Assembly (NCBI GenBank): GCA_964016885.1
Contig: OZ024744.1
Location: 71,176,001-71,240,000, forward strand
Length of the DNA stretch: 64,000 nucleotides
From: Eledone cirrhosa
Taxonomy: Eukaryota
Reading direction: 5' to 3'
The stretch's first letter is position 1, and each line of letters opens with the position of its first letter. Of this stretch, positions 24,835 to 40,386 are shown piece by piece. The translations under genes were made by a program, and so were the position numbers. The notes under the pieces are model-generated. The model worked only from the letters and a program-made list of their open reading frames with translations, had not been told where the DNA came from and searched no databases.

Positions 24835-27800
24835 CCGAAGAGAAGGGAGAGGAGAGGGAGAAAGAAAAAGAAAAGGAGGAGAGCACAAGCACGGACCTGA
24901 AAGAAAATGAGATACCCTCCGCCACAGTCAGGGAGGGCAGGCCGGGCAACCAACAAGCAAAAGGTAAAGGTGAAAAGCGAAATCACCTTCCGAAGGAGAA
25001 CCAAGTGCAGAGGGACCAGTGGACAACTGGTCAAAGGAAGAACAGAAAGCACCGAGACACTGGGAGCAAAAAAAAACCAAGTAATGTGCAAGTTTTTCAA
25101 GAACGGGACCTCCTGGCATGGAGAGACAGGGATGGGATGCAGATTCGCCCACCCCAGGTCTCAAACGAACTATGCCCATCCTACTCGCGCAACATGCCCC
25201 AGCCAAAGCCGAAATAAGCTGCTCCAGAAGTATGCTGATGTCGCGCGTGCCGCACCAACATCGTTTCCAGAGCCAGTGTCACCCACACCAGCACTCGAGA
25301 CCACCACAGCTAAAGGACCCAGGTGTCATACCGACAGCCATTACTGGCAACCCAAAAGTCACACCAGTGCTGCTGCTGAATGTCAGAGGCCTGGTGAAAC
25401 TCAGTAACATGAGTAAAATTTCCTACCTGGGAGACTTAGCCATAAGCAATCAAGCATTATGCATGGCACTAACCGAAACGCACCCGACAAGCAGTATAGC
25501 AGATGCAGAAATACATATTCCGAAATATACTGTATTTCGTTCGGACAGGAAGGAGAGAACTCATGGTGGGGTTGCTCTGTATATCCGTGAAGATGTCACA
25601 CCAATTGAACTGTTGACACATTCAAACTCAGTCTGTGACACACAGATAGTACATATGAAGCAACTACAGACAGTAATATGTGTCACATATCGGCCGCCCG
25701 ATACCCCCAGTCATGAGGGTAAATTTGAGGATAGCCTAAGTAGGATAGAAGAGGTCCTTGACAAACTGTACCAGGGTCTCAACATTCTACTGCTGGGAGA
25801 CTTCAACCTACCAAAGGTCAAATAGCCTGAGGGCCACCTCCTCCCTGGAATTACGTCAATAGAACAGAGACAGACGGAATCCCTGCTGGCCCTCACACAC
25901 AGGCTGTTCATGGAGCAAGCAATGCTCCTCCCAACAAGAAGCGAAAATGTCCTTGACCTCTGTTTTACAAACAATGAAGTGCTCATCCACAATGTAAAGG
26001 TGACACCAACAATTCTCTTGGATCATAACTTAGTAGAGCTAATGATATGTGGTTCAAGAGAACCAACAGACAAAACCACCAAGAAGCTCCAGGACGTTAT
26101 CCAGCCTTAACTTCTACAAGGCTAACTGGAAAAAGATTAAGAGAAATCCGGAAGCAAACATGGAGTGAAAACACCGCCACACAAGACACTAACACATAAT
26201 TTCAACACTTCATGACAACGATACACACTATATGCAAAAAGTTTGTCCCGGAGAAAAAGGCAAACAGACACAAAAATCTTATTCCCAGAGATAGGAAAAT
26301 CCTTATCAGACGTAGAACTAAACTCTCAAACCAGTTGAATAGTCAACAAAACAAAAACAAGAAGAAATCCTATTTGAAATGTGCACTACTTGGCACCGAG
26401 ATTGCACTCAAACTTTCCCATGAGAATGAGAGGGCAAAGAAAGAGAACAGGGCCATAGAAAACATTAAAACAAACCCTAAGGCCTTCTTTAAATTTGCAA
26501 AAGAAACTGCCTCAGTACACTGCAAGATTGGGCCACTCTTCCACACGGATGGTTCATTAACCGAAAATCCCCAAGAGATATGTGAAATACTGAACGAACA
26601 ATACAAAAGTGTGTTCACATGTCCACTGAGGCACATGCAAATAACAAAGCCAGAGGAGTTCTTTGATGCCACAACACTACATGAAGAAATGGCAACCATC
26701 AACCACATAGACATAACGGAGGAGGATGTGGTGTACGCCATTGATGAAATTAGAACAGACTCAGCTGCTGGACCTGATGGATTCCCAGCAGTTCTCTTAA
26801 AAATATGTAAGCGGGCCTTAGCAACTCCACTGAAGATGGTCTTCAGAAGCTCCTTGGCTAGCGGTGTACTACCCAGGGAGCTGAAAGAAGGCACAATATG
26901 CCCTATCCATAAAAGAGGTAGCAGAGCAGAGGCCAAAAACTATAGGCCAGTCTCCCTGACATCGCATATCAGTAAGGTCATGGAGCGAGTCGTCAGAAAA
27001 AAAACTGATCACTTTCCTCGAGGAAAATGACCGCCTGACTAGCACGCAACATGGCTTCCGCCCAGGAAGAAGCTGCCTTACACAGCTGCTACATCACTAC
27101 GACTGGGTACTGAAACAACTACTAGACAGCTCACATGTGGACGTGATATATCTTGACTTTGCGAAGGCCTTTGACAAGGTCGACCACGGAATGATATGTC
27201 ACAAACTACACGGACTCGGCATAACTGGAAAAGTAGGTGAGTAGCTGCATGACTTTCTAAAGGACAGAAGCCAGACAGTCGCAGCAAACGGGGCCCTCTC
27301 AAAGGAAACACCAATAACAAGTGGGGTGCCCCAAGGGACAGTCCTAGGACCACTACTGTTTTTGGTGGCTCTCTCAGACATGCCCTCTGTAGTACATACA
27401 ACAACATCCCTCACTAGCTATGCTGATGACACTAAGGTAGCACAGGCAATCAAAAACCCGGCTGACACTGCCCTTTTACAACAAGATCTGGATGCCATAT
27501 ACAAATGGGTGGAAGAAAACAACATGCAGTTTAATGCTGGCAAATTCCAAGCCCAACAATACAAACATCCACACAAAGCTGCAAACACAAATATAGTACA
27601 ACACAACTACACAGGACAAGGAGGGACCGATATCCCTGTGTCAAAATAGATACGAGACCTGGGCATAGACATGAGCGATGATGCATCTTTTTCTTCACAC
27701 ATCATGAAAGTGGCGACAATGTGCAGACGACTCGCTGGCTGGATCTTGTGGACTTTCTGGACAAGAGACCGAGACACCATGTTTACACTATGGAGGACAT

Positions 27801-28412
27801 TTGTCCTAAGCCGCCTGGACTACTGCTCCCAGTTGTGGTCACCCCATAGTGTCAAACTAACCACGGTGCTTGAGGCAATCCAGCGAAGCTACACCGAGAG
27901 GATTGCCACGATGAAGGAGACAAGCTACTGGGAGAGGCTAAAGGAATTGAACCTCTACTCCTTGGAACGAAGACGGGAGAGATACACAGTGATCTATATG
28001 TGGAAAATCCTGGAGGGACTAGCACCAAACTTTGGCATTGGGAGCTGGACCAACCGTCGAACAGGACGTCACTGTGTGGTGCCAAAGGTCCCGTCTTCCA
28101 CATCTAGAATAAGGAGCAGGTATTGCAATAGCCTGGGATTCAAGGGCCCTCAACTCTTCAACAAGCTGCCAAGGGATCTGAGAGATTTGCATGATGTGGA
28201 GGTGGATGTCTTCAAGAAACATCTCGACACCTTTTTATCCAGGATCCCGGATGAGCCCACAACAAGGCACGAGGGAAACCTATGGGCAGCAGCAACAAAC
28301 TCCCTCTTACACCAGTGGCCAACCTATACAGGCTGGAGATAAAATGTGTAGCAACAAGGGCGGTGCCCCAGCATGGCCTCAGCCAGATGACTGAAACAGG
28401 TAAAAGAGTAAT
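24835..28412 (+). mobile_element. CR1/Jockey-group LINE, defective (APE + RT, upstream CCCH-like remnant)
   Basis: LNVRGL..LTETH..FRSDR..GGVALYI, LGDFNLP, NYRPVSLTS, DFAKAFDKVDH, PQGTVLGPLLF, YADDTKV. Confidence 0.92.
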
Positions 28413-28454
28413 ATATATATACATATACATATATATATACATATATATATATAC

Positions 28455-28485
<31 letters not shown>

Positions 28486-29886
28486 CCTTCCGGGAAATGG
28501 CCATGCTCAGTGTGTAGGAAAGGCGTAGGTAGAAACTCCATTTTATGTCCCAAATGCAAAGTATGGGTGCATAAAAGATGTAGTGGGATCACAGGTAAGC
28601 TAAGAACAGATTTTACATGTGGCCGGTGCTCTGGTGCAATAAGTAGCAGCAAGTGCCCACAAAATACTAGCTCTTTCAATTGCGCAGAGGGTTCTATAGA
28701 AATAGTGGACAGCTTCCGTTACCTGGGCGACAAAATCAGCAGTGGGGGAGGGTGCTCTGAAAGTACTGTAGCTAGAGTCAGAACTGGTTGGAAAAAGTTC
28801 AGAGAGCTTATACCACTATTAGCCGTTAGAGGGTTCTCCCTAAGAATGAAAGGCAGGTTGTATGATGCCTGCATATGAACAGCAATGTTGCATGGCAGTG
28901 AGACCTGGGCATTGTGTGCAGAGGATATACGCAGACTAGAGAGGAACGAAGCTTGCATGCTCCGCTGGATGTGTAATAGTAACATACGTGAACGGCAAAG
29001 CATAAGCGAACTAAGGAAAAAATTAGAAATAAGAGGGATCAGATGTTGTTTACTAGAGAGAAGGCTACGTTGGTATGGTCACGTGATGCGCATGAAAGAC
29101 GACAGCTGTATAACAAAGTGCAGGGCAATAAAGATAGACGGTAGCTACAGAGTAGGCAGACCCAGAAAAACCTGGGACGAGCTGATAAATTCTGACCTCA
29201 CACACTTACACCTCTCCAAGACAATGTCACTGGACCGAGACCTTTGGCGGTACTCAGTAATAGAGAAGACCCGCCTTACCTAAATACAAAGTAAAACCTA
29301 CTACAGCCAGTAGGCATCTCTAACAAAACACACCCCCGTCCCACCACCCCCACCCCATCCACACTGCCCCTTTCAATGTAAAGTTATGTTGGTGCCACAA
29401 CATCCAGGCCGAAACAAATGAAATCGTGTAGACACAGTCCACGCTGTAATGTGGCCGTGTAGGCAACACGGTAAAAACCTCCCAGCCCCACACTGTAAAT
29501 GTGGTTGGTGTTAGGAAGGGCATCCAGCTGTAGAAAACCTGCCAGACAGTCCACGCTGTAATGTGGCCATGTAGGCAACACGGTAAAAACCTCCCAGCCC
29601 CACACTGTAAATGTGGTTGGTGTTAGGAAGGGCATCCAGCTGTAGAAAACCTGCCACACAGTCCACGCTGTAATGTGGCTGTGTAGGCAACACGGTAAAA
29701 ACCTCCCAGCCCCACACTGTAAATGTGGTTGGTGTTAGGAAGGGCATCCAGCTGTAGAAAACCCACCAGATAGTCCTATGCGAGCAAGACAACCACTCTT
29801 GCCTCAAGTGGGAAAGCCCCCGTCCAAACCCATGCAAGCGTGGAACACGGACGTTAAACGTTGATGATGATGATGATGATGATGAT
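28486..29886 (+). mobile_element. RTE family B 3' fragment starting just before the PHD finger
   Basis: Highly similar to 19730-21028; about three ~118 bp UTR units. Confidence 0.95.
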
Positions 29887-29892
29887 ACATAG

Positions 29893-29990
<98 letters not shown>

Positions 29991-30002
29991 ATATACATAT
30001 AC

Positions 30003-30179
<177 letters not shown>

Positions 30180-30324
30180 CATATATATGTATATACATAT
30201 ATATACATATATACATATATATGTATATACATGTATATACATATATACATATATATACATATATATATACATATATATATATATACATATATATATATAC
30301 ATACATATATACATATATATATAC

Positions 30325-30369
<45 letters not shown>

Positions 30370-30392
30370 TACATATATATATCCACATATAC

Positions 30393-30467
<75 letters not shown>

Positions 30468-30673
30468 CATATATATATATACATATATACATATATATAT
30501 ATATACATATATAGATATACATATATATATATATACATATATATATTCACATTATTCACAAACGGCTCTCCACCAACCATGTAATTATGTATATTATACT
30601 ATGTTCAATATTTTATATTGAAATTTTATATCATTCCACTCTTTGTAAACATACTACTGATCATTATTATATT

Positions 30674-30845
30674 ACCCAGTGCATTACTGGTACTTTATTT
30701 TATCGACCCCGTAAAGATGAAAGGCAAAGTTAATCCCGCCGAGGTTAACTTTGCCTTTCATCCTTACGGGGTCGATAAAATAAAGTACCAGTAATGCACT
30801 GGGGTAATTGTTGGCCTTGTGCCAAAAGTAGAAACAATTATTATT
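30674..30845. repeat. Palindromic SINE-core fragment
   Basis: cccagtgcattactggtactttattttatcgaccccgtaaagatgaaaggcaaagttaa followed by its reverse complement; related pieces near 39090, 39200, 40060, 41800, 58640 and 59690. Confidence 0.75.
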
Positions 30846-31172
30846 TACCAATTATTATATGTACCATTATGTTATGTTAAATTCTGTAAATCCTGTAAAA
30901 TGTTGACATTTTTATAATTCATGTAATGTTTGGATAATATTTATTTATTTACACCAAATGTATAGAAATTTGATCTATTTTCTTGCAATGATTTTGATAT
31001 ATTTCCAACATAATTTAGTTCTGTACAATATTTTTCTCACCCTGAATGTAAATCTATATGATTTGTTAAGTTATATGCCATTATATTATAATATTGTGAT
31101 TTTAGTTGTTATTGTAAAATTTATATTGTTTGTGCAAATTAACCGGAGATTATCTATTATATTATTATATAA

Positions 31173-32087
31173 CTAGCAGTAAAGCCCGGCGTTGCTCGGG
31201 GTCGCTCAGTAGCTGTGTTAAAGTTACAATGTTAAGTTTCTTTCTTGGCTTAAAAACTGTAGTGTCTACTGTGCAGACTTGCATGTGGTGTTTTTGATTA
31301 ATATTCCCTCAACCAACAATATGCCTTATGAAGTTAAGAAAACATAACGATAACCCGAATGTTATAACAAAAGAGGATGCTGGGGATAGAAACTGCACTG
31401 GTTATTTATTAACAAAGATCGAAAATGTAAACACTGCAACGCAGAGAAAAACATTAGCGTAACCAAATTATCAGTTATGTCTGTCTGCACGCCTATATCA
31501 CCTCTCTGCACGACTGTCTGTCTGCACGCCTATATCACCTCTCTGCACGACTGTCTGTCTGCACGCCTATATCACCTCTCTGCACGACTGTCTGTCTGCA
31601 CGACTGTCTGTCTGCACGCCTAACGACGAAATATTTGCTTGTTTTACGTAGTCTTTAAATAGACTTGTTTTCAAGTAAAAATATTGTTTTAAAATGCTTT
31701 TAAATGGAAATGAAGCAAAACGGAAGCTTAGTGTTCGAACTGATGAATTTTGCAGGTCAATATTTTGCTGGCTCGACAACTGTTCGTGTATTGTGTTAAT
31801 GTCATTTTAAACGCTGAGAAAGCCAGCGTAATTTTTTACGTAAGACGCTCAATGTAAACAGAACAAAGGGAAATAACTGATAACTTACGCTCAAAAATCG
31901 ATACATTATATTCGATTTCGTCACATAGGGTGGGTCAATTTGAAATATTTTTTTCCCGATGTCTTCGCTAGGGCTCAATGTACAAGTATAGCAATTTCGG
32001 TGCAATTCCGTGAGAGATTCTAAGAGGAGATGTGTGCCAAAAATCGATAGACAGACAGACAACCACAGTTTTATATATATAGATAGA
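31173..32087 (-). mobile_element. Non-autonomous Helitron
   Basis: Minus strand 5' TC, 3' hairpin cccgagcaacgccggg followed by CTAG; inserted between A and T; internal ~38 bp tandem repeats at 31478-31620. Confidence 0.85.
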
Positions 32088-32635
32088 TTATATAGTTTAT
32101 TATATATTTTATGCTTACTTTTAATCATTCATTTTATACTGTAAATATTATATGCATTATATTTTAATTTTATTTTCATTTGTATTTTTCATTTGTATTT
32201 TTATTTTTATTTTTATTATTATTATTCTTATTTATATTTAAACTCTTGATAAGGGTTAGTTTGTGCTTCTATTGATGGAAATGTGTATAGATATATATGT
32301 ATATGTGTGTACATATGTATATATATATATGTATATTGGGCCTTTTAACATTATTATTATTATCATTATTAATTATATTATATTATATTATATTATGTAT
32401 AGTACAATAATTCCCGCTTTATATCACCACCTCTGTTTTAGCTCTAGTTTTTGCATTGGACTATATTTGTAATATGGTTCAAAATGTTACTTACTTCCTT
32501 AGCAATTTTCACTTGATAATTTTTTACTTGATGATTTTTACCCGATTATTTTCCTATGATTTAATCTATGTACACTCCATACTCTTCTGAGTTTTCGGCT
32601 TGTATTGGCTGATAGTGCTTCTTATAGCTTTAATT

Positions 32636-32673
32636 GCCCTGATGAGTCCTTAATAGGACGAAACATTGTTGGC
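32636..32673 (+). ncRNA. Minimal type I hammerhead ribozyme
   Basis: gcc CTGATGA gtcct-taat-aggac GAAA cattg TT ggc, then AATAAA and a TA tract. Confidence 0.85.
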
Positions 32674-32781
32674 TAATAAAGACTTTTGATGTATTGAAAG
32701 CTTCTTTGATTTATTTTCATAATATATATATACATATATATATACATATATATATATATATACATATATATACATATATAC

Positions 32782-32901
<120 letters not shown>

Positions 32902-32917
32902 ATACATATACATATAC

Positions 32918-32970
<53 letters not shown>

Positions 32971-32999
32971 CATATATATATACATATATATATATATAC

Positions 33000-33034
<35 letters not shown>

Positions 33035-33051
33035 AATATATATATATATAC

Positions 33052-33606
33052 ATGGTGGCTGCCAACTCGTTTTCGAGTACGGCCACTACTTTATATCCAT
33101 GTAGGAGAACCCCTACCGATGTGCTGAACAAGTGTGACTTTTTAGTCCAGCCAGCGACTTAAGAACTCTGGTACAAACACTACACTTGTGACAATTACTG
33201 ACACATAATGCTGGGCCCATTGTACCCTGAGATGACAAGTGCAGAAAGATCTCCAGATATAAAGCAATGCCTGTGCCGTGAAGCTTTTATAGTGAGCAAA
33301 GGCACTGCACAAAGCCAGTCCCACTCTCTTAACCAAGATGATATTTACCAAAAAGAAGAACAAGTCAACATCATTGGATACCATCAAGGTTGCAGGTGTT
33401 ATATCAGAGTTTTCCTTCTCCTAGAATTCTGCCTTGACAAAGGCTAAGGGGTCATCTCTCCCAGTGATTTTAGATGGCCATTGACTCTTAAGAGCTCCTT
33501 TGCCCTTTGACAGGTTTTGTTTTTAGTCCTGCACGATGTCCAAAGTCACCCTCCTCATCAAGAAACCTTGGTGGGGTTGCCAGTTTAGTCGCCAACGACC
33601 CGACCA
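33052..33606 (-). mobile_element. TA-flanked non-coding insert, possibly an RTE-type 5' UTR
   Basis: ctaggagaaggaaaactctg motif recalled from RTE 5' UTRs; weak support. Confidence 0.35.
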
Positions 33607-33620
33607 TATATATATATATA

Positions 33621-33652
<32 letters not shown>

Positions 33653-33698
33653 CATATATACATATATATATACATATATATATACATACATATATACA

Positions 33699-33798
<100 letters not shown>

Positions 33799-33831
33799 CA
33801 TACATATATACATACATATATACATACATCC

Positions 33832-33865
<34 letters not shown>

Positions 33866-33890
33866 ATACATATATACATATATATATATA

Positions 33891-33922
<32 letters not shown>

Positions 33923-33941
33923 CGTACATACATATATATAT

Positions 33942-33985
<44 letters not shown>

Positions 33986-34081
33986 GTTAAAATACTGGAG
34001 CGTGTTGGAGTTAAACACCCTCTTCGTATTATAGAAATGACAGTAAAAGGTATAGCTCAATGTAGTTAAACAGAGCCGAAA

Positions 34082-34082
34082 A

Positions 34083-34113
<31 letters not shown>

Positions 34114-34165
34114 TACATATATATATACATATATATATATGTATATATATATATGTATGTATATA

Positions 34166-34227
<62 letters not shown>

Positions 34228-34235
34228 CATACATG

Positions 34236-34275
<40 letters not shown>

Positions 34276-34280
34276 CATAC

Positions 34281-34371
<91 letters not shown>

Positions 34372-34376
34372 CATAC

Positions 34377-34411
<35 letters not shown>

Positions 34412-34474
34412 CATACATATATATATATACATACATATATATATATACATACATATATATATATATATACATAC

Positions 34475-34505
<31 letters not shown>

Positions 34506-34832
34506 CATATATATATATACATACATATATATATATACACATACATATATATATATACATACATATATATATATATACATACATATATATATATACATAC
34601 ATATATATATACATACATACATATATATATATATACATATATATATATACATATACATATATATATACATATATATACATGTATATATATACATATATAT
34701 ACATATATATATACATATATATATATATACATATATATATACATATATATATGTATACATACATATATATATACATATATATATGTATACATACATATAT
34801 AGATATACATAGATATATATACATAAATATAC

Positions 34833-34863
<31 letters not shown>

Positions 34864-35206
34864 CATATATATATACATATATATATACATAAATATACAT
34901 ATATATATACATATATATATATATATACATATATATATACATATATATATACATATATATATACATACATATATATATACATATATATATACATATATAT
35001 ATATACATATATATATACATATATATATATATACATATACATATATATATACATATATATATATACATATATATATACATATATATATATGCATATATAT
35101 ATACATATATATATGTATATATATATATACAAATATATATACAAATATATATATACATACATTTATATACATATATATATATACATATATATATATACAT
35201 ATATAT
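34082..35206. repeat. Longest (TA)n/(TATACA)n tract, representative of ~30 similar tracts in the window
   Basis: Direct reading; other tracts include 1-147, 1126-1553, 2049-2473, 6706-7200, 7545-7990, 14360-14737, 16231-16807, 29890-30545. Confidence 0.98.
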
Positions 35207-35810
35207 ATTCCCTTTCAGAAACTAATTAGTTGGAGTGAAATTTTAGTAAGTAAGTTAATTTTATAATTTTCTTATTTTACGTCTCTCATATTATTGTTCT
35301 GCATCCCCATGCATTGAACCACAAAGTTACTAAGACAAAACCTATATATTTGCTAGCATAAGTATGCATCTGTGTATATATATGTTACTAGATATATTAA
35401 TTCTTTATAATTAACTCCAAATTATTTTGTCGAGCAAAAATTGGCCAAAACTGCTACTATAGTAACGGTCCGGCTGCTGTCTTCTTAACAAACCACTCTT
35501 CACTGATTGACCTCGATGTCACGTGATTGATTCTTTTGAATTTGCCACCGACGCAGTAGGCAGTGATTTTTTCAATGGCCTGGAATTTAGTCCACGCTTT
35601 GCTTTTTTCCATCCACTGAATTATTTTTGTATAAGTTCCGGTGTCCACGTATTGCCTGGAAACTTAGCTGAGAACAGACTTCCCTGATGACGAAAGGCTT
35701 TTCCGTACGTTTCTTAGGAAACTATGTTTATTCCCTTTCAGAAACTAATTAGTTGGAGTGAAATTTTAGTAAGTAAGTTAATTTTATAATTTTCTTATTT
35801 TACTTCTCTC

Positions 35811-35814
<4 letters not shown>
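35207..35814 (+). mobile_element. Short element with ~85 bp terminal direct repeat and a degenerate HHR (Penelope pLTR-like)
   Basis: attccctttcagaaac...tctctcatat at ~35207 and ~35730; CTGATGA plus hairpin at 35684. Confidence 0.6.
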
Positions 35815-35841
<27 letters not shown>

Positions 35842-35856
35842 CATATATATATATAA

Positions 35857-35887
<31 letters not shown>

Positions 35888-36009
35888 CATATATATACAT
35901 ATATATATATAAATATATATATATAAATATATGTAGAAACGATCGTTAAATAGTGAACTTTTTTTGTTTAATATAAGGAATTGTTTGTTCATTATTTGTT
36001 TAATATTTT

Positions 36010-36278
<269 letters not shown>

Positions 36279-36293
36279 CTAGAAATTGGATAT

Positions 36294-36336
36294 GTAATCC
36301 TGAAGATTTCTAATAAGAATGAAACGCGTAGGTTAC
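36294..36336 (+). ncRNA. Minimal type I hammerhead ribozyme
   Basis: gtaatc CTGAAGA t ttct-aata-agaa t GAAA cgcg TA ggttac. Confidence 0.85.
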
Positions 36337-36435
36337 TTCCCTTGCTTTTATCGAGAATCTAATTGTAATACGTGACGTATTCTATTCTATAGCGATTAGG
36401 TCTTCAAAATGTTTATTATAAACATACAGAATATT

Positions 36436-36635
36436 NNNNNNNNNNNNNNNNNNNNNNNNNNNNNNNNNNNNNNNNNNNNNNNNNNNNNNNNNNNNNNNNN
36501 NNNNNNNNNNNNNNNNNNNNNNNNNNNNNNNNNNNNNNNNNNNNNNNNNNNNNNNNNNNNNNNNNNNNNNNNNNNNNNNNNNNNNNNNNNNNNNNNNNNN
36601 NNNNNNNNNNNNNNNNNNNNNNNNNNNNNNNNNNN
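36436..36635. other. Assembly gap (200 N)
   Basis: N run. Confidence 1.
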
Positions 36636-36669
36636 GTGCATGTGCGTGTGTATGTATGTATGTATTTAC

Positions 36670-36700
<31 letters not shown>

Positions 36701-37339
36701 TGTATGTACATGTGTGAGTGTAAATTGCAAGACAAGAGTGAAAGAAAGAAAACATATTGGCCAATAGAGAAATATAGTGAGTGAAAGAGTAAATAAAGAG
36801 AGTGAGAAATATGTAAGACAGGGTGTGTTAAGTGGAACAAGACGAATATACACGAAATTCTGCAGAATAAAAAGATGTGGGTTTACAAAAAAATAACAGA
36901 AAGCAAAGTAAACGAAAATAATAATAATGATTTTTATATAAATGAAAGATGGTAAACAGAATTCAAGAAAATTGTTCTTTTTCGTTCTAATTTTTGTTCC
37001 TGTTATGTCTTATATATATATATATAAATAATAAATATATTATATTTTATATATATATATATATAAATAATAAATATATTATATTTTATATATATATATA
37101 TATATAAACTTTGCTTGATTCTCATATTTTGGCATCTTTTTACAATTTTTTTGAAACTGATTTACCGTCTTGCTCATCCCCCACACCTACTCATTTGCTC
37201 TCATCATCTTTCCCCCCTCTCTCTCTCTCTCTCTCTCTCTTACTATCTATCTACCTATCTATCTGTATACGCTTATTGTACCTGTTTCAGACGACGGGCT
37301 GTAGCCATGCTGGAGCACCGTCATCATATATGTATTTGA

Positions 37340-37377
<38 letters not shown>

Positions 37378-37406
37378 GAAAGAGGGCGAGATAGATAGAT
37401 CATTCC

Positions 37407-37489
<83 letters not shown>

Positions 37490-37491
<2 letters not shown>

Positions 37492-37662
37492 AGTTTATCC
37501 CGGGTTCAATCGAGGGTAACCACAGTAAGGTACTCAATACAAAGCAGAATCTAAATATTTAATGTAGAAAGGCATCTACAGGACTAGAACTGTTTCATTC
37601 CGAAGAAATCATTTCTCCGGAATGAAACAGTTCTAGTCCTGTAGAAACCTTTCTACATTAAT
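37490..37662. repeat. Fold-back fragment of a probable Penelope-type terminus
   Basis: Inverted repeat 37559-37661; same family at 49926-50006. Confidence 0.6.
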
Positions 37663-37987
37663 ATATATATATATCATCATATATATATATATATATGTCT
37701 GTTTCTCCTCCCTCACTCTTTTTCTCCCTTTGTCTGTCTATATCTATCTATCTAGCTTTCTAGCTTTCTAGCTCTAGCTCTCAAAATATTTGTTATATAC
37801 ACACAAATATACATATAACAGTCATAAGCAAGTTTGCACGCAGTTTATGCATACGTTTTAATACACTACAATTCTCTCTCGCTCTTTCTTCCATCATCTC
37901 TTTGCTGCTTTCATCATCACTCTTTCACTCTCTTTCTTTCTCACCTTCTCTCTCTCCTCTCCTTCCCTCTCTCTCTCCCTTTCTTTT

Positions 37988-38024
<37 letters not shown>

Positions 38025-38251
38025 ACGTGTGAATGCATGAATATGTTGTATGTATGCGCGTGTATGTGTACCTTCACTTTTGTATCACTTTTGTTCTTTT
38101 ATACTGATTCATTCCTTGCATCTTTCTTCTCTCTTTCTCCCCCTCACACACACATTAACACACAGACAATTTTTTCCTTCTCTCTCCTACTCTCATACAT
38201 ACACATTTCCTTTTTGTCTCACTCTAATTCTCCTTTTACATATCTTCATGA

Positions 38252-39069
<818 letters not shown>

Positions 39070-39699
39070 TGTATGTATATTTATAAAACCATCCTTACGG
39101 GGTCGATAAAATAAAGTACCAGTAATACACTGTGTAATTTCTGGCCTTGTACCAAAAGTAGAAACAATTATTATCAGACAAGGGTGTTGGGTTGGTGACT
39201 TTCTACGTTCTATGTTCAAATCCTACTGAGATCAATTTTTGTCTTTCATCCTTCTGGGGCCAATAAAATAAAATACCAATTAAGTATTGATTTGATATAA
39301 TTGACTTTCCTTTTTTCCCCAAATTTACTTGTCTTGTGTCAGTGTTAGAAAGAATTACACTAACCATTCCATGTAGATAAGCATCTTATAACATTTTATT
39401 CTTTGTTTAACAGGTTTGAAAAGTTAATGGTAAAAATTATGTCTTCTAATATGTCGTTGGCCTCTTGGTCCTGGCTGACAGGATGGAGAAGAATTTGGTC
39501 TAGAGGACAGCGAGGGAAACAAACTGGAACAACTACTCCACCTCACAGGGCTTGCACCTGCTGGCAGTCAGCTCTGCCCTGATAGCAGTGAACAGGGATG
39601 TGGTCTGGAGGCCAAGAATGCCATGGATAAAATGCCTCAAGGTATTTTGTTATGGCTATGGCTCTTTTACATTCTGAGGTTAACCTTACCTTTAGTTCT

Positions 39700-39900
39700 T
39701 TCAGGGTCTCTTCCTGAGAGGGTTGTGGGGGCAGAGTCCTCAAACACTCCTTCCAGTGGGCCCTCTCAGAAGCAACCGTCTCCAACTGATTCGGCTGGAT
39801 CCCCAAGCTTGACCAGCCAAGCTCATGAATATTATCCAACCATTTTGCTCAGTTTCTACCCCTGGGTCTCTTACTGGTAGGTTTTGCCCATAAAATCTGT
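39700..39900 (-). mobile_element. Old RTE-like 3' fragment (second copy ~40960-41220)
   Basis: WLDNIHELGWSSLGI..ASERAHWK C-terminal motif shared by both loci. Confidence 0.55.
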
Positions 39901-40386
39901 AATAAATAAAATACCGGTCATTTACAAAAAACTAAAACAAAAAAAGATTTGCTTGCTCTGTATATAAATTAGAAAATAAATGATAAATAAATAAGAATTG
40001 TAATTAAGATGTCATTAAGACGTCAGATAGAATGCTTTACGGTATTTGTCCCACCTTATTGTGTACTCTGAATTCAAATCCTGCCATGGTCAACTTTGCC
40101 TTTCATCTTTTTGAGGTAGATAAAAAAAAGTACCAGTCCAGTACTAAGGTCGATTCTTCCTCTATAGAAAAACTCAGCTGTGTTCAGACATGGAGAGGGT
40201 TGGGCTCCACGAGGGTTAAAAGTGCCCTAGTCACACCGTATGACAGTGCCTCTATGACTCCGCAAGGAGTTATGAGATCTTTATCCATTTATCCATATGA
40301 ACTTATATCAATGTATGAGTAAAACAGTAACAGTTTGAAATATGTCAAAAAATAGATATAAAGTTTTTGCTCCGCTATAGCTGTAT

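Noticed and set aside
29434-29770. CRISPR-like regular repeats
   Set aside because: Whole ~118 bp units repeat with no unique spacers; this is a LINE 3' UTR in a eukaryote.
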